Sequence record: MT133560.1 | Direction: 5' to 3' (one strand) | DNA: 64,000 nt | Part shown: positions 55,271 through 64,000 of the stretch, one piece after another | Layout of the letters: every line of letters begins with the position of its first letter | Position numbering within the stretch: the first letter of the stretch is position 1 | Program-made: the position numbers and the translations under genes | Notes under the pieces: generated by a model | Told to the model about the DNA's origin: nothing | Seen by the model: only the letters and a program-made list of their open reading frames with translations | Databases searched by the model: none

Positions 55271-56818
55271 TTAATATCCCCAGTCATCTCCACCAGTTGC
55301 TTGCATATTACTAAGACTTGGTACGAAATCCATGTAATTGTTTTCTTCTTTATCGATATCCCATCTAATGCCACCGATACGGTCTGGATCAAACGGCATA
55401 ACAAAATAGTGATGCTTACTATCACTTACAACGTTACGGTGTTTACCACGTTGTACAGTTAGATAATACTTACCACTTACTTTAACAATGTGGAAGAAGA
55501 ATTCCAGATCAGGTTCTTGTCCAAGTCGACGACAACCATCATAGTAACCTTTGTTAGCAACTTGTTTAACAAAGTCTTCTGGTGGGATATTATCCCTGAT
55601 TAGTTCTAATGCCTGAGAACTTAACTGATGCGGACTAAAGAATGTGATACCACGTGGTGCAGTATAGTTACGCATTCGCCTAAATAGGAGACGAACATCA
55701 TCACCTGCTACACTGGTCACTAATCCAGTTTTAGGCAACATGTTTAGATAATCTACGCAGAGATATTGTAGTTCATAACCACGTGCTTGATATGTATCTA
55801 GGTAGTTAACTAAACCAGCAATCGTAAATTCAGTTGGGTCAAAACGATACATTACTGGTTCAAAACCATTTTCACGGAGACGAGCTGATACATATTCAGC
55901 TGCTTCAGCTTTACTAATAGAACTACGATCTACCTTGATACCTGTTTCATTTTCGTAAATATACTCATAAATGAAAATAAGGTTATCCGGAATCTCATTC
56001 TCAAGAGTAATAAACATTACTAATGGTTTCTTATTGATATCACGCATGTATGGTTTATTAAATAGACACACATGGCAAAATAGACTCATAGAAACGCCAG
56101 ATTTATATTGATGTTGTAGGCCACCACCGATAATAAATTCACCACGTTTTAATGCACCCAGATCACCAAGCATCCTGTTAAAACCTTTCCATCCAGTACG
56201 GAAAGCACCATTTGGGGAAAGAATAGTTTTAGCTTCCTCAAAGAAGCCTTCAATAGAATCTAAATTACCAAAATCAAGTGCACCCATTTCAGCTGGGTGT
56301 TTCTCTTCAGCACGCGCGCGAATATATGGGTCAGCTCTGGTTGCCATTTCATTAATGATTGCCGGAATATCAGCAGAGCCTCTATTGAAAAGAATTTTTG
56401 ATGAACATTCTTTTACAATAGCTTTTACCTTTTCATCAGCTAAGTAGCTATTTAGATCACGACGATATGAAGTTACACGCATGGCTAATGCCATGCCATT
56501 TGGAAATTCTTCTTCTACTGCATTTTTAACAGCATCGTATAGATAACTTTCTTCACGACAACATACTTGTAGTGATTGTAATACCTGTTGGGTAGCTGGG
56601 AAATATGCTTTCTGTTTCTTATTTAGATCCACTAGTAGATTACGAAGATCTAAAAATGTTTGTCGACCATGATCTACATCTAATGTACCACCCTTATCAT
56701 TTAGAGTATCAAGAATCTCGGTAACCAATTCATTGGATGGCTCCACAGGAGAATCTTCTCGATTTTCTAAACATAATAGAGTGATACATGAAACGAGTAA
56801 TTGTTTTGGACTTGACAT
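55271..56818 (-). CDS. dnaB: DnaB-like replicative helicase (gp118)
   Basis: FRTGWKGFNRMLG, divergent Walker A GGLQHQYKSG, FITLEN, Walker B CVDYLNML, SPHQLS, KHRN. Confidence 0.9.
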   Translation of the reverse strand: MSSPKQLLVSCITLLCLENREDSPVEPSNELVTEILDTLNDKGGTLDVDHGRQTFLDLRNLLVDLNKKQKAYFPATQQVLQSLQVCCREESYLYDAVKNAVEEEFPNGMALAMRVTSYRRDLNSYLADEKVKAIVKECSSKILFNRGSADIPAIINEMATRADPYIRARAEEKHPAEMGALDFGNLDSIEGFFEEAKTILSPNGAFRTGWKGFNRMLGDLGALKRGEFIIGGGLQHQYKSGVSMSLFCHVCLFNKPYMRDINKKPLVMFITLENEIPDNLIFIYEYIYENETGIKVDRSSISKAEAAEYVSARLRENGFEPVMYRFDPTEFTIAGLVNYLDTYQARGYELQYLCVDYLNMLPKTGLVTSVAGDDVRLLFRRMRNYTAPRGITFFSPHQLSSQALELIRDNIPPEDFVKQVANKGYYDGCRRLGQEPDLEFFFHIVKVSGKYYLTVQRGKHRNVVSDSKHHYFVMPFDPDRIGGIRWDIDKEENNYMDFVPSLSNMQATGGDDWGY

Positions 56819-56907
56819 TTTTATAGATTTCCAATTGTGAAATTAAGAGATGTACAGTGTATCATTTAGATAGCTAGTAATTTTAGTGAATGTATTTGCT
56901 ATATTGC

Positions 56908-56911
56908 TATG
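56908..56911 (+). promoter_or_regulatory. Late (nvRNAP) promoter TATG candidate upstream of gp119/gp120
   Basis: TATG 47 nt upstream of the gp119 ATG; phiKZ late promoters are defined by TATG; a short motif, so weak on its own. Confidence 0.45.
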
Positions 56912-56957
56912 TAGACAGTTCCCAAAAGCCTAAAGTTACAATATAGGTACTTTCACA

Positions 56958-57491
56958 ATGACCCAAGTTCTGGTTATGCCAAAAGCTGTTTTTGAATCAT
57001 ATAAAACAGCAGGTGTACAATTTAACAAATTGTTAGACACCAACTATATAGTTTCCGAAACCTCCGTAAATGATCTTGCGGAGATACATCAGGCTTTAAC
57101 TGCTTTCCCCTTTCTATTACCAGAAAAACTAGATATTAAGTTAGCAGTAAGCCCGATAATCAAAGTTGCTGAGCTAGGTGAAATAGACGGTCCTGAACAA
57201 TTTAAGATGAAGGATTTACACAATCGTTTAGAGAGCCGCCTAGCGACTAATGAACTTAGGGATGCAGGTAACCGTAATTTAGTGTACGATTATTACCTAT
57301 ATCCTGTAGATGAGAATCTGTGGGTTGCGGTGCAGCAGAGTGCGCACATTGCAAGTAGCGATCCTAGACGTGTCTCAATTCAACTTAACCATACTTTCTT
57401 TGATAGTATGATAAATGAAATGTTGAACACCCGTCCACGTGAATCCGTGGCGTCAACACAAATTTTTACCTATTATTTGGAGAGCTGCTAG
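56958..57491 (+). CDS. Head/minor capsid protein (gp119-like)
   Basis: 177 aa immediately upstream of the capsid gene. Confidence 0.7.
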   Translation: MTQVLVMPKAVFESYKTAGVQFNKLLDTNYIVSETSVNDLAEIHQALTAFPFLLPEKLDIKLAVSPIIKVAELGEIDGPEQFKMKDLHNRLESRLATNELRDAGNRNLVYDYYLYPVDENLWVAVQQSAHIASSDPRRVSIQLNHTFFDSMINEMLNTRPRESVASTQIFTYYLESC

Positions 57492-57563
57492 GTTGATTCC
57501 GGAAAAGATGCTTAGTAGACCCAAATTTTTAAACCAAAAACTCATCCTACGTAGGAATAAAAA

Positions 57564-59807
57564 ATGAGCGTACATGCCCTAAGAGAACTGTTTAAACACA
57601 AAGGCGAAAAGAAATACGAAGTCTTCTCAATGGAAGATTTCATTGGCCGCCTAGAAAGTGAAATTGGTCTAAATGACAGCGTTGTTAGTCAAGGTCGTTC
57701 CCTTGTTAGCACCATTTCACATGAAAACTTCGGTACCGTACAAGCTACCGACGTTCAAGATGCTGCTGCAATTTATAACAAAATGCAAATGCTCGTTAAC
57801 GACTATGGTTTCGAACGAGTAAGTTCCAGTGATCCTCAAGTACGCGCTCGTGAAGAACGTGTTCGTGAGAACCAGATCACTGCTGCTACCATGGCTGCTA
57901 TCGCCTGTGCTGATGAAACTAAATATATCCGTGCACTACGTGGTATTACCAAAGCTAAAGCTTCTAATGAAGATCATGTTAAGGTTGTACAGCATCAGTT
58001 CAATGGCCCCGCTGGTGGCATTCAAGTATTCGAAAATGGTGTTGGTCTAGAGAACTATAACGAGAAGTCACAGCGTGATTTCCGTGTTGTAACTATTGGT
58101 TATAACCTAGCTGCTAGCCGTCAGGATGAATTCGCTGAGCGTATCTATCCGACCACCGTTATCAACCCGATTGAAGGTGGTGTTGTTCAGGTTCTTCCTT
58201 ACATCGCTGTAATGAAAGACGTTTACCACGAAGTATCCGGCGTTAAGATGGATAACGAAGAAGTGAACATGGTAGAAGCCTATCGTGATCCTTCCATCCT
58301 CGACGATGAAAGCATTGCGCTAATTCCTGCCCTAGATCCGGCTGGTTCCAATGCTGACTTCTTCGTAGACCCGGCTCTTGTTCCTCCGTACACCATCAAG
58401 AACGAGCAGAACCTAACTATCACTACTGCTCCGCTAAAAGCGAACGTACGTCTTGATCTAATGGGTAACTCCAATGCTAACCTACTCATCCAGCGTGGCA
58501 TGCTTGAAGTTTCTGACACCATTGATCCGGCTGGTCGTCTAAAGAACCTATTCGTTCTACTCGGCGGTAAAGTTGTTAAGTTCAAGGTTGACCGTCTACC
58601 TCGCGCTGTGTTCCAGCCCGATCTAGTTGGTGATACCCGGAACGCTGTTATCCGTTTCGATAGCGATGATCTAGTTGTTAGTGGCGATACCACTTTCATC
58701 GATGGTTCAGCTGACGGTGTTATCAATGATCTTAAGACCGCTAAACTAAGCCTACGTCTAAGCGTTGGTTTTGGTGGTACTATCAGCCTATCCAAAGGCG
58801 ATTCTAAGTTTGGTGCTACCGACACTTACGTCGATAAAGTTCTAAACGAAGATGGTCAGGTAATGGATAATGCTGACCCGGCTGTTAAAGCTATTCTAGA
58901 TCAGCTAACTGACCTAGCTGTTATCGGTTTCGAACTAGACACTCGCTTCACCAACACTAACCGTCGTCAGCGTGGTCACCTACTACAGACCCGTGCACTA
59001 CAGTTCCGTCATCCGATCCCGATGCACGCTCCTGTAACTCTACCGATGGACACCATGACCGATGAAGGTCCGGGTGAGGTTGTTAAAGCTCTAACTGTTA
59101 ACACCAACATCCGTAACAGCAACAACGCTGTTAAGCGCATGCTTAACTACCTTGCTCAACTACGTGAAGTTGTACACAATGGTTACAACCGTCCGAAGTT
59201 TGGTATCATCGAAGGCGCACTATCCGCTGTAATGCGTCCGACCTATCGTTACAAAGAACTAGATCTTGAGAAAGTCATCGACACCATCAAGTCTAAAGAT
59301 CGTTGGGACGACGTTTGCGCTGCGATCCTAAACTGTGTTAAAGCTGAGCTATTCCCGGCTCACCGTGATTCCAACATTGAAGCTGCCTTCCGTGTTATCT
59401 CCGGTAACCAGGATGAAACTCCGATGTATCTCTTCTGCTCCGACAAAGAGATTGCTAACTATCTAATGACTAAAGGTGACGACCGTACTCTAGGTGCTTA
59501 TCTCAAGTACGATATCGTTTCCACCAACAACCAGCTATTTGATGGTAAGCTAGTTGTAATTCCGACCCGCGCAGTACAACAAGAAAACGACATCCTCTCC
59601 TGGGGTCAGTTCTTCTACGTATCTACTGTTATCGCTGACCTACCGATCACTCGTGGTGGTCACCAGGTTACTCGCGAAATCGCGGCCATTCCGTTCAACC
59701 TACACGTCAACAACATTCCGTTCGCGCTAGAGTTCAAGATCACTGGCTTCCAGAAAGTCATGGGTGAAACTCAGTTCAACGGTAAGCTTGCTGATCTTAA
59801 GCCGTGA
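57564..59807 (+). CDS. Major capsid protein (gp120)
   Basis: 747 aa, strongly biased high-expression codon usage, G-L-E protease site ending at residue 163; length and position match recalled phiKZ gp120. Confidence 0.93.
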   Translation: MSVHALRELFKHKGEKKYEVFSMEDFIGRLESEIGLNDSVVSQGRSLVSTISHENFGTVQATDVQDAAAIYNKMQMLVNDYGFERVSSSDPQVRAREERVRENQITAATMAAIACADETKYIRALRGITKAKASNEDHVKVVQHQFNGPAGGIQVFENGVGLENYNEKSQRDFRVVTIGYNLAASRQDEFAERIYPTTVINPIEGGVVQVLPYIAVMKDVYHEVSGVKMDNEEVNMVEAYRDPSILDDESIALIPALDPAGSNADFFVDPALVPPYTIKNEQNLTITTAPLKANVRLDLMGNSNANLLIQRGMLEVSDTIDPAGRLKNLFVLLGGKVVKFKVDRLPRAVFQPDLVGDTRNAVIRFDSDDLVVSGDTTFIDGSADGVINDLKTAKLSLRLSVGFGGTISLSKGDSKFGATDTYVDKVLNEDGQVMDNADPAVKAILDQLTDLAVIGFELDTRFTNTNRRQRGHLLQTRALQFRHPIPMHAPVTLPMDTMTDEGPGEVVKALTVNTNIRNSNNAVKRMLNYLAQLREVVHNGYNRPKFGIIEGALSAVMRPTYRYKELDLEKVIDTIKSKDRWDDVCAAILNCVKAELFPAHRDSNIEAAFRVISGNQDETPMYLFCSDKEIANYLMTKGDDRTLGAYLKYDIVSTNNQLFDGKLVVIPTRAVQQENDILSWGQFFYVSTVIADLPITRGGHQVTREIAAIPFNLHVNNIPFALEFKITGFQKVMGETQFNGKLADLKP

Positions 59808-59888
59808 GCTGGAAAGGGTTACCGTTATCTAGAAAATGGGACTATCCGTTATTTGGAAGACGGTAATGCCCGGAAGTTAGAAGAGTAA
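59808..59888 (+). CDS. In-frame 26-aa extension after the capsid UGA (AGKGYRYLENGTIRYLEDGNARKLEE), candidate readthrough domain
   Basis: Same frame as the capsid gene, no own start, internal RYLE[ND]G repeat, overlaps a long RNA hairpin, and lies inside the transcript before the terminator. Confidence 0.6.
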   Translation, partial: AGKGYRYLENGTIRYLEDGNARKLEE

Positions 59889-59892
59889 CAGA

Positions 59893-59925
59893 CATAGGCC
59901 CTCCCTTCGGGGAGGGCTTTATGTT
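59893..59925 (+). terminator. CATA...TATG-flanked hairpin ending the capsid transcript
   Basis: CATAG-GCCCTCCC-TTC-GGGAGGGC-TTTATG. Confidence 0.8.
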
Positions 59926-59943
59926 GTATTACATTAAAAAAAG

Positions 59944-59960
59944 TTTAAGATCTATATTAC
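59944..59960 (+). promoter_or_regulatory. Early promoter
   Basis: TTTAAGATC-TATATTAC. Confidence 0.7.
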
Positions 59961-60003
59961 AGTAATGATCATGATCTTCTAATTTAAAAATAGGTTAATC
60001 CAA

Positions 60004-60456
60004 ATGAACGTTCAATTATTTCCAGAAGTCATCGAAAGATGGCAGGATGCCCTGAGGGTATCTCTTATAGAAAAAAATACCATGGTAGATAATAAGATGT
60101 CTACCGTAGATGATGATAAATACATTAATACTTTCTTTGAAGAATTCCATCCTGTTCAGGATGCCTTTATGCCCAAAGGGCTAGAGGACTTTATTACAGA
60201 TTATGCCAAGAAAAACACTGAGGAGATCCCTCAAGAAAAACAGTTTAAGCGGGCCACCGAAAAGTTATATTGTTCGAGTGACCCGCATAAATGGCAGAAG
60301 TCAAGTAATAAGGAAAAGAGTGAATCCTTTAAGGGAAGGTCCGTACATCAAACTAAAAAGAGGCTCCCCAACATTGTAGATTTGGAGGCCGTTGTGATTA
60401 AGGTAGATTTCAATGGTAACACTAAAAATTGCGGGGCTTACTCAAGTATCAGTTAA
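60004..60456 (+). CDS. Hypothetical protein (gp121-like)
   Basis: 150-aa ORF, AGGT SD. Confidence 0.7.
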   Translation: MNVQLFPEVIERWQDALRVSLIEKNTMVDNKMSTVDDDKYINTFFEEFHPVQDAFMPKGLEDFITDYAKKNTEEIPQEKQFKRATEKLYCSSDPHKWQKSSNKEKSESFKGRSVHQTKKRLPNIVDLEAVVIKVDFNGNTKNCGAYSSIS

Positions 60457-61495
60457 GCCTACTATCGATCACCCGTATGATAAGAAATCGGGAACTGCAT
60501 ACACTAAGGGTGATCCATACGCTAATTGGAATCTCCCTGTCTCACGTTTTGTTGAGTATCGGAATGAATCATTTCATCGTATTACTGTAGTTGATTCGTC
60601 TGGTCACGCTATCAATATTGGGACATCCCGTAAGTATGTAATGTCTAATAGACTGGTAGTTAAGGTCATTTACCGATGGAGTGGTGATGATAGTTTTAAC
60701 TATGAAGTTATGGCTAAATCTATTCCAGGTTTTACACCTGAGGAAATGTTAGAATATATTCAGTCATTTAGTCGACAGACATTCGATCAGTTTAATAACC
60801 AGTTATCTGAGATTACTATTTGGTATTCAATTGACTTATCAAAACTAGTAGATCAGTATCATGGTGGTTGGATTCAGAGTTTAGGTATCCAAGTATTTAA
60901 AACTGAGTATAGTCAGTATTTTGAATTTTATCCAAATAGAAATATTAGTCCTCCTGGTTACAGCGGACTTAGTCCAGAAGAAGAAGCACTTTCTAATCAA
61001 GTATGGAATGAAACATATTCTTTAACGTATAATACTGACATCAATAAACCAGATAAATTGTTTTATGTAATGGCTGGCAGAATTATGGCCATTGAGTCAA
61101 TCTACAATCCATCATTAGATCCTGGTCTTATTGTTAATATCCGTGGTAAACATGGATGTATTAGTCATAATGGCGAAAAGAGATATGTAATACCTCCTGA
61201 ACAGTTCCATGAAAATGGTTTCTTTAGAACACATGAAGAAGCTGCTGCAATGGTTGGAATTAAAGATAAGAAAGTTATTGAACGTCTTAAGACTGCACTC
61301 TTAACAGCAGCTGATATTAAGGAAAGGGAAGCCCAGGAAAAAGCAGCTGGTACGTTTGATAAAGAATTCAAACCAAAAGATGTTGTATTGATTCATGGTC
61401 TAAAATGGGGTGATCTAAACTCCATTGCCTCTGATCTAGTATCATCCATTAAAATTGTAGGTTCACTGATGGATTTAATTTTGCCAAAAGTTTAG
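60413..61495 (+). CDS. Hypothetical protein (gp122-like)
   Basis: 360-aa ORF. Confidence 0.8.
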   Translation: MVTLKIAGLTQVSVKPTIDHPYDKKSGTAYTKGDPYANWNLPVSRFVEYRNESFHRITVVDSSGHAINIGTSRKYVMSNRLVVKVIYRWSGDDSFNYEVMAKSIPGFTPEEMLEYIQSFSRQTFDQFNNQLSEITIWYSIDLSKLVDQYHGGWIQSLGIQVFKTEYSQYFEFYPNRNISPPGYSGLSPEEEALSNQVWNETYSLTYNTDINKPDKLFYVMAGRIMAIESIYNPSLDPGLIVNIRGKHGCISHNGEKRYVIPPEQFHENGFFRTHEEAAAMVGIKDKKVIERLKTALLTAADIKEREAQEKAAGTFDKEFKPKDVVLIHGLKWGDLNSIASDLVSSIKIVGSLMDLILPKV

Positions 61496-61504
61496 GAGTT
61501 TATA

Positions 61505-63136
61505 ATGCCGGATCCATTTCTAATTGAAAAGATTCGTGAAAATACGCCTTGCATGAATCCAACACTAGCAAATGGTATCACAGTCGAGCACACCATGACT
61601 CGTGATCCAAATACTGGTGTTAATATGACCAGGCGTTATATTGATTCTTTATTTGATATCAGTTCAGTTCTATTTCCCGATGGCTTCAAATATGAAGGCA
61701 ATCGTGCATGTACACCGCTTAAGCATTTTGAAGAGATTACTCGGGAATATAATGCTAAGCGTATTGCCAATATTGCTCCAACTGATATGTACATGATTGA
61801 CCTAATGTTTAGTTACAAAGGGGAAATGCTTTATCCTCGCCCAATGTTGTTACCAGCTTTTAAGAGAGGCAATATGGTAACTATCAATGGTGCGAAATAT
61901 ATCGGTTCACCAGTATTAACTGATGTTGGGTTCTCTGTACTTAATGATAGTATCTTCATCCCGTTTCGTCGTACTAAGCTAACCTTTAAACAAACTGACC
62001 ACCATTACATGTGCAATGGTCAGCGTAAAATCATGTATGTGATCTGGTCACAGATTCACAATGAAATGGCTAAGCGTACTAAACGAGATCTGGATAATCG
62101 ACCACACATTGAGTCATGTTTAGCTCATTATTTCTTCTGTCAGTTTGGAGTAACTCAAACTTTCAAACAATGGGCTAATGTAGATATTAAGTGTGGACTA
62201 CTGTCTGATTTTCCTGAAGAAGAATATCCACGTGAAAAGTGGAATATTTATTCCAGTGCAACGTTAAAAGGCAAACATCCCACCGGTGAAATGGTTCTTG
62301 TTATACCTCGTCATCAAGAATCTATTTTTGCTACACGACTTATCGCTGGTTTCTGGTATGTGGTCGATGCATTTCCAATGCGGTTTACTCGACCTGAATA
62401 TGTAGATAGTACCAACTTATGGCGTGTTATCCTAGGTCACATGGTGTTTGGTGATTTTGAGCACCAAGGTAAAGTAGAGGAAAACATTGATTCACACCTA
62501 CACAGTTTCTGTAATTCACTAGACGAAATGACTATTGAAGAACTTAAAACAGTTGGTGTCAATGTAAGTACTATTTGGGAACTTCTTTACGAGATCATGA
62601 CTAGTTTGGCTCATCATCTTTATGCTACTGATATTGATGAAACTAGTATGTATGGTAAAAGGTTAACAGTACTACATTACTTGATGTCAGAGTTTAACTA
62701 TGCTGTAAGTATGTTTGGCTATATGTTCCAGTCTAGGCGTGATCGTGAATGGACTGTGCAAGAGCTAAATGAAGGTTTAAAACGTTCCTTTAAACTACAG
62801 ACAGCTATTAAACGATTAACAGTGGATCATGGTGAACTCGATACAATGAGTAATCCAAACTCCAGTATGTTGATTAAAGGGACATCTATCCTAGTTACAC
62901 AGGATCGAGCTAAAACAGCTAAGGCGCATAATAAGTCTCTAATCAATGACTCATCTAGGATTATTCACGCATCTATCGCTGAGGTAGGTCAATATAAAAA
63001 CCAACCTAAGAATAACCCGGATGGTCGAGGTAGACTTAATATGTATACCAAAGTTGGTCCAACTGGACTAGTTGAACGTCGTGAAGAAGTACGTGAAATA
63101 ATTGACAATGCTCAGTTAATGTTCCGTGCAAAATAA
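61505..63136 (+). CDS. Non-virion RNAP beta subunit N-terminal half (gp123)
   Basis: 543 aa; MVTINGAKYIGSPVLTD resembles the beta N-terminal region; AGGAG SD; synteny. Confidence 0.82.
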   Translation: MPDPFLIEKIRENTPCMNPTLANGITVEHTMTRDPNTGVNMTRRYIDSLFDISSVLFPDGFKYEGNRACTPLKHFEEITREYNAKRIANIAPTDMYMIDLMFSYKGEMLYPRPMLLPAFKRGNMVTINGAKYIGSPVLTDVGFSVLNDSIFIPFRRTKLTFKQTDHHYMCNGQRKIMYVIWSQIHNEMAKRTKRDLDNRPHIESCLAHYFFCQFGVTQTFKQWANVDIKCGLLSDFPEEEYPREKWNIYSSATLKGKHPTGEMVLVIPRHQESIFATRLIAGFWYVVDAFPMRFTRPEYVDSTNLWRVILGHMVFGDFEHQGKVEENIDSHLHSFCNSLDEMTIEELKTVGVNVSTIWELLYEIMTSLAHHLYATDIDETSMYGKRLTVLHYLMSEFNYAVSMFGYMFQSRRDREWTVQELNEGLKRSFKLQTAIKRLTVDHGELDTMSNPNSSMLIKGTSILVTQDRAKTAKAHNKSLINDSSRIIHASIAEVGQYKNQPKNNPDGRGRLNMYTKVGPTGLVERREEVREIIDNAQLMFRAK

Positions 63137-63171
63137 ATTAAATCTTTAACTACTTAATAGGTATTATTCAC

Positions 63172-64000
63172 ATGAACTATGCACAGTACAATCTACCTGT
63201 CGATTTTGAGAGTGTAGATACCAGTACTTTCGATCCTAACCTACCTAATGGGAATTATCTGTTTAGCCTACCGCTACAGTTATCACCACATCAACAACAT
63301 CCTCAACTACAACCATATTTCAATGGTGTAATTGGACTGTTCCGGCTGAATGCTCAAAATGCTGCTACTACCACCCAGCTTCATGCATTTGCGTATAATC
63401 TGCTATCTAGTAATGGTTTTCAGAATAACTATTATCAGCAGTGGGCTCAGAAAGTTATTGACTTTCTAGAGTTTCTATTTATTCATCGTCAAATGGTGAA
63501 CAACCCACAGCAGGCAATGCAGCAAGCTGCATCTCTAGTATGGTCTGGTTTTGTTGGTAAATGTGCTCAAACCTTCCCGCAGCTACAAAGTCTAGTTCAA
63601 CATCTAATGCCGAATATCCAACAGGCACTTGGTGTAATCGGACAGATTGAATCAGATATCCAAAAGATGCGTATGGGTGGCAACACCATGATGCAGGGTG
63701 GATATCAACAACCTGGTGTACAGCCTGGAGGTTTCCCTGGGATGGGTGCAGCAATGGGTCGTCCTGGCATGGGTTCACAACTACCTCCAATTAATGCAGG
63801 TATCCAACAGACCTATGGTCAACCGGCTACCATGACTAATCCACAGCTGAACATTCCAGGGGCATATACACCAACAACTAATCATGACACTGGTTCATCA
63901 ATTGCAAATGCCGCATATGACGTACCTGGTTCTTCTCCTTTCCTGGAAAATAAACCAGTCATGCAACCTAAAGACTCTTGGGGTGCCACTGTTGAAGTAT
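63172..64000 (+). CDS. Hypothetical protein with Q/G/M/P-rich low-complexity region (gp124-like), 3'-truncated
   Basis: ATG 63172 (MNYAQYNLPVDF), AGGT SD; frame open to the window end by hand translation. Confidence 0.85.
   Translation, partial: MNYAQYNLPVDFESVDTSTFDPNLPNGNYLFSLPLQLSPHQQHPQLQPYFNGVIGLFRLNAQNAATTTQLHAFAYNLLSSNGFQNNYYQQWAQKVIDFLEFLFIHRQMVNNPQQAMQQAASLVWSGFVGKCAQTFPQLQSLVQHLMPNIQQALGVIGQIESDIQKMRMGGNTMMQGGYQQPGVQPGGFPGMGAAMGRPGMGSQLPPINAGIQQTYGQPATMTNPQLNIPGAYTPTTNHDTGSSIANAAYDVPGSSPFLENKPVMQPKDSWGATVEV

Noticed and set aside
58280-58825. 181-aa antisense ORF inside the capsid gene
   Set aside because: By-product of strongly biased capsid codon usage; no independent signals.
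63479-63790. 103-aa minus-strand ORF near the window end
   Set aside because: Antisense to the open plus-strand gene starting at 63172, which the track missed because it lacks a stop in the window.

Overview
AT-rich, densely coding segment of a phiKZ-like (Phikzvirus/Chimalliviridae, nucleus-forming) Pseudomonas jumbo phage. It matches roughly phiKZ gp68-gp124; gp numbers come from gene order and recalled annotation, not from a database search. It holds non-virion RNAP subunits (gp68, intron-split beta gp71-73, beta' gp74, beta gp123), a virion RNAP beta' part (gp80), an SF2 helicase, a split family-B DNA polymerase subunit, a block of head, baseplate and neck proteins, an early accessory region (45.7-55.2 kb), a DnaB helicase and the major capsid protein. 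The main discovery is three candidate translational-recoding signals, each leading into a reading frame with no usable start codon. (1) C_CCA_AAG just before the stop of the DNA polymerase subunit would -1 shift into a hidden 123-codon NADAR-like domain (putative DNA ADP-ribose eraser). (2) T_TTT_TTT plus a stem at the end of a T4 gp26-like chaperone would -1 shift into a gp51-like frame. (3) The capsid UGA is followed by an 8-nt spacer, a long G-U-rich hairpin and an in-frame 26-aa repeat-containing extension. Also seen: an ORF-less 307-nt group I intron with resolvable splice sites, a DarG-like macrodomain, a GC-rich orphan HigA-like antitoxin, unannotated microproteins, a CATA...TATG-flanked hairpin family, and a hairpin-dense non-coding island near dnaB. 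All recoding calls are inferences from sequence and need conservation analysis, ribosome profiling or mass spectrometry.
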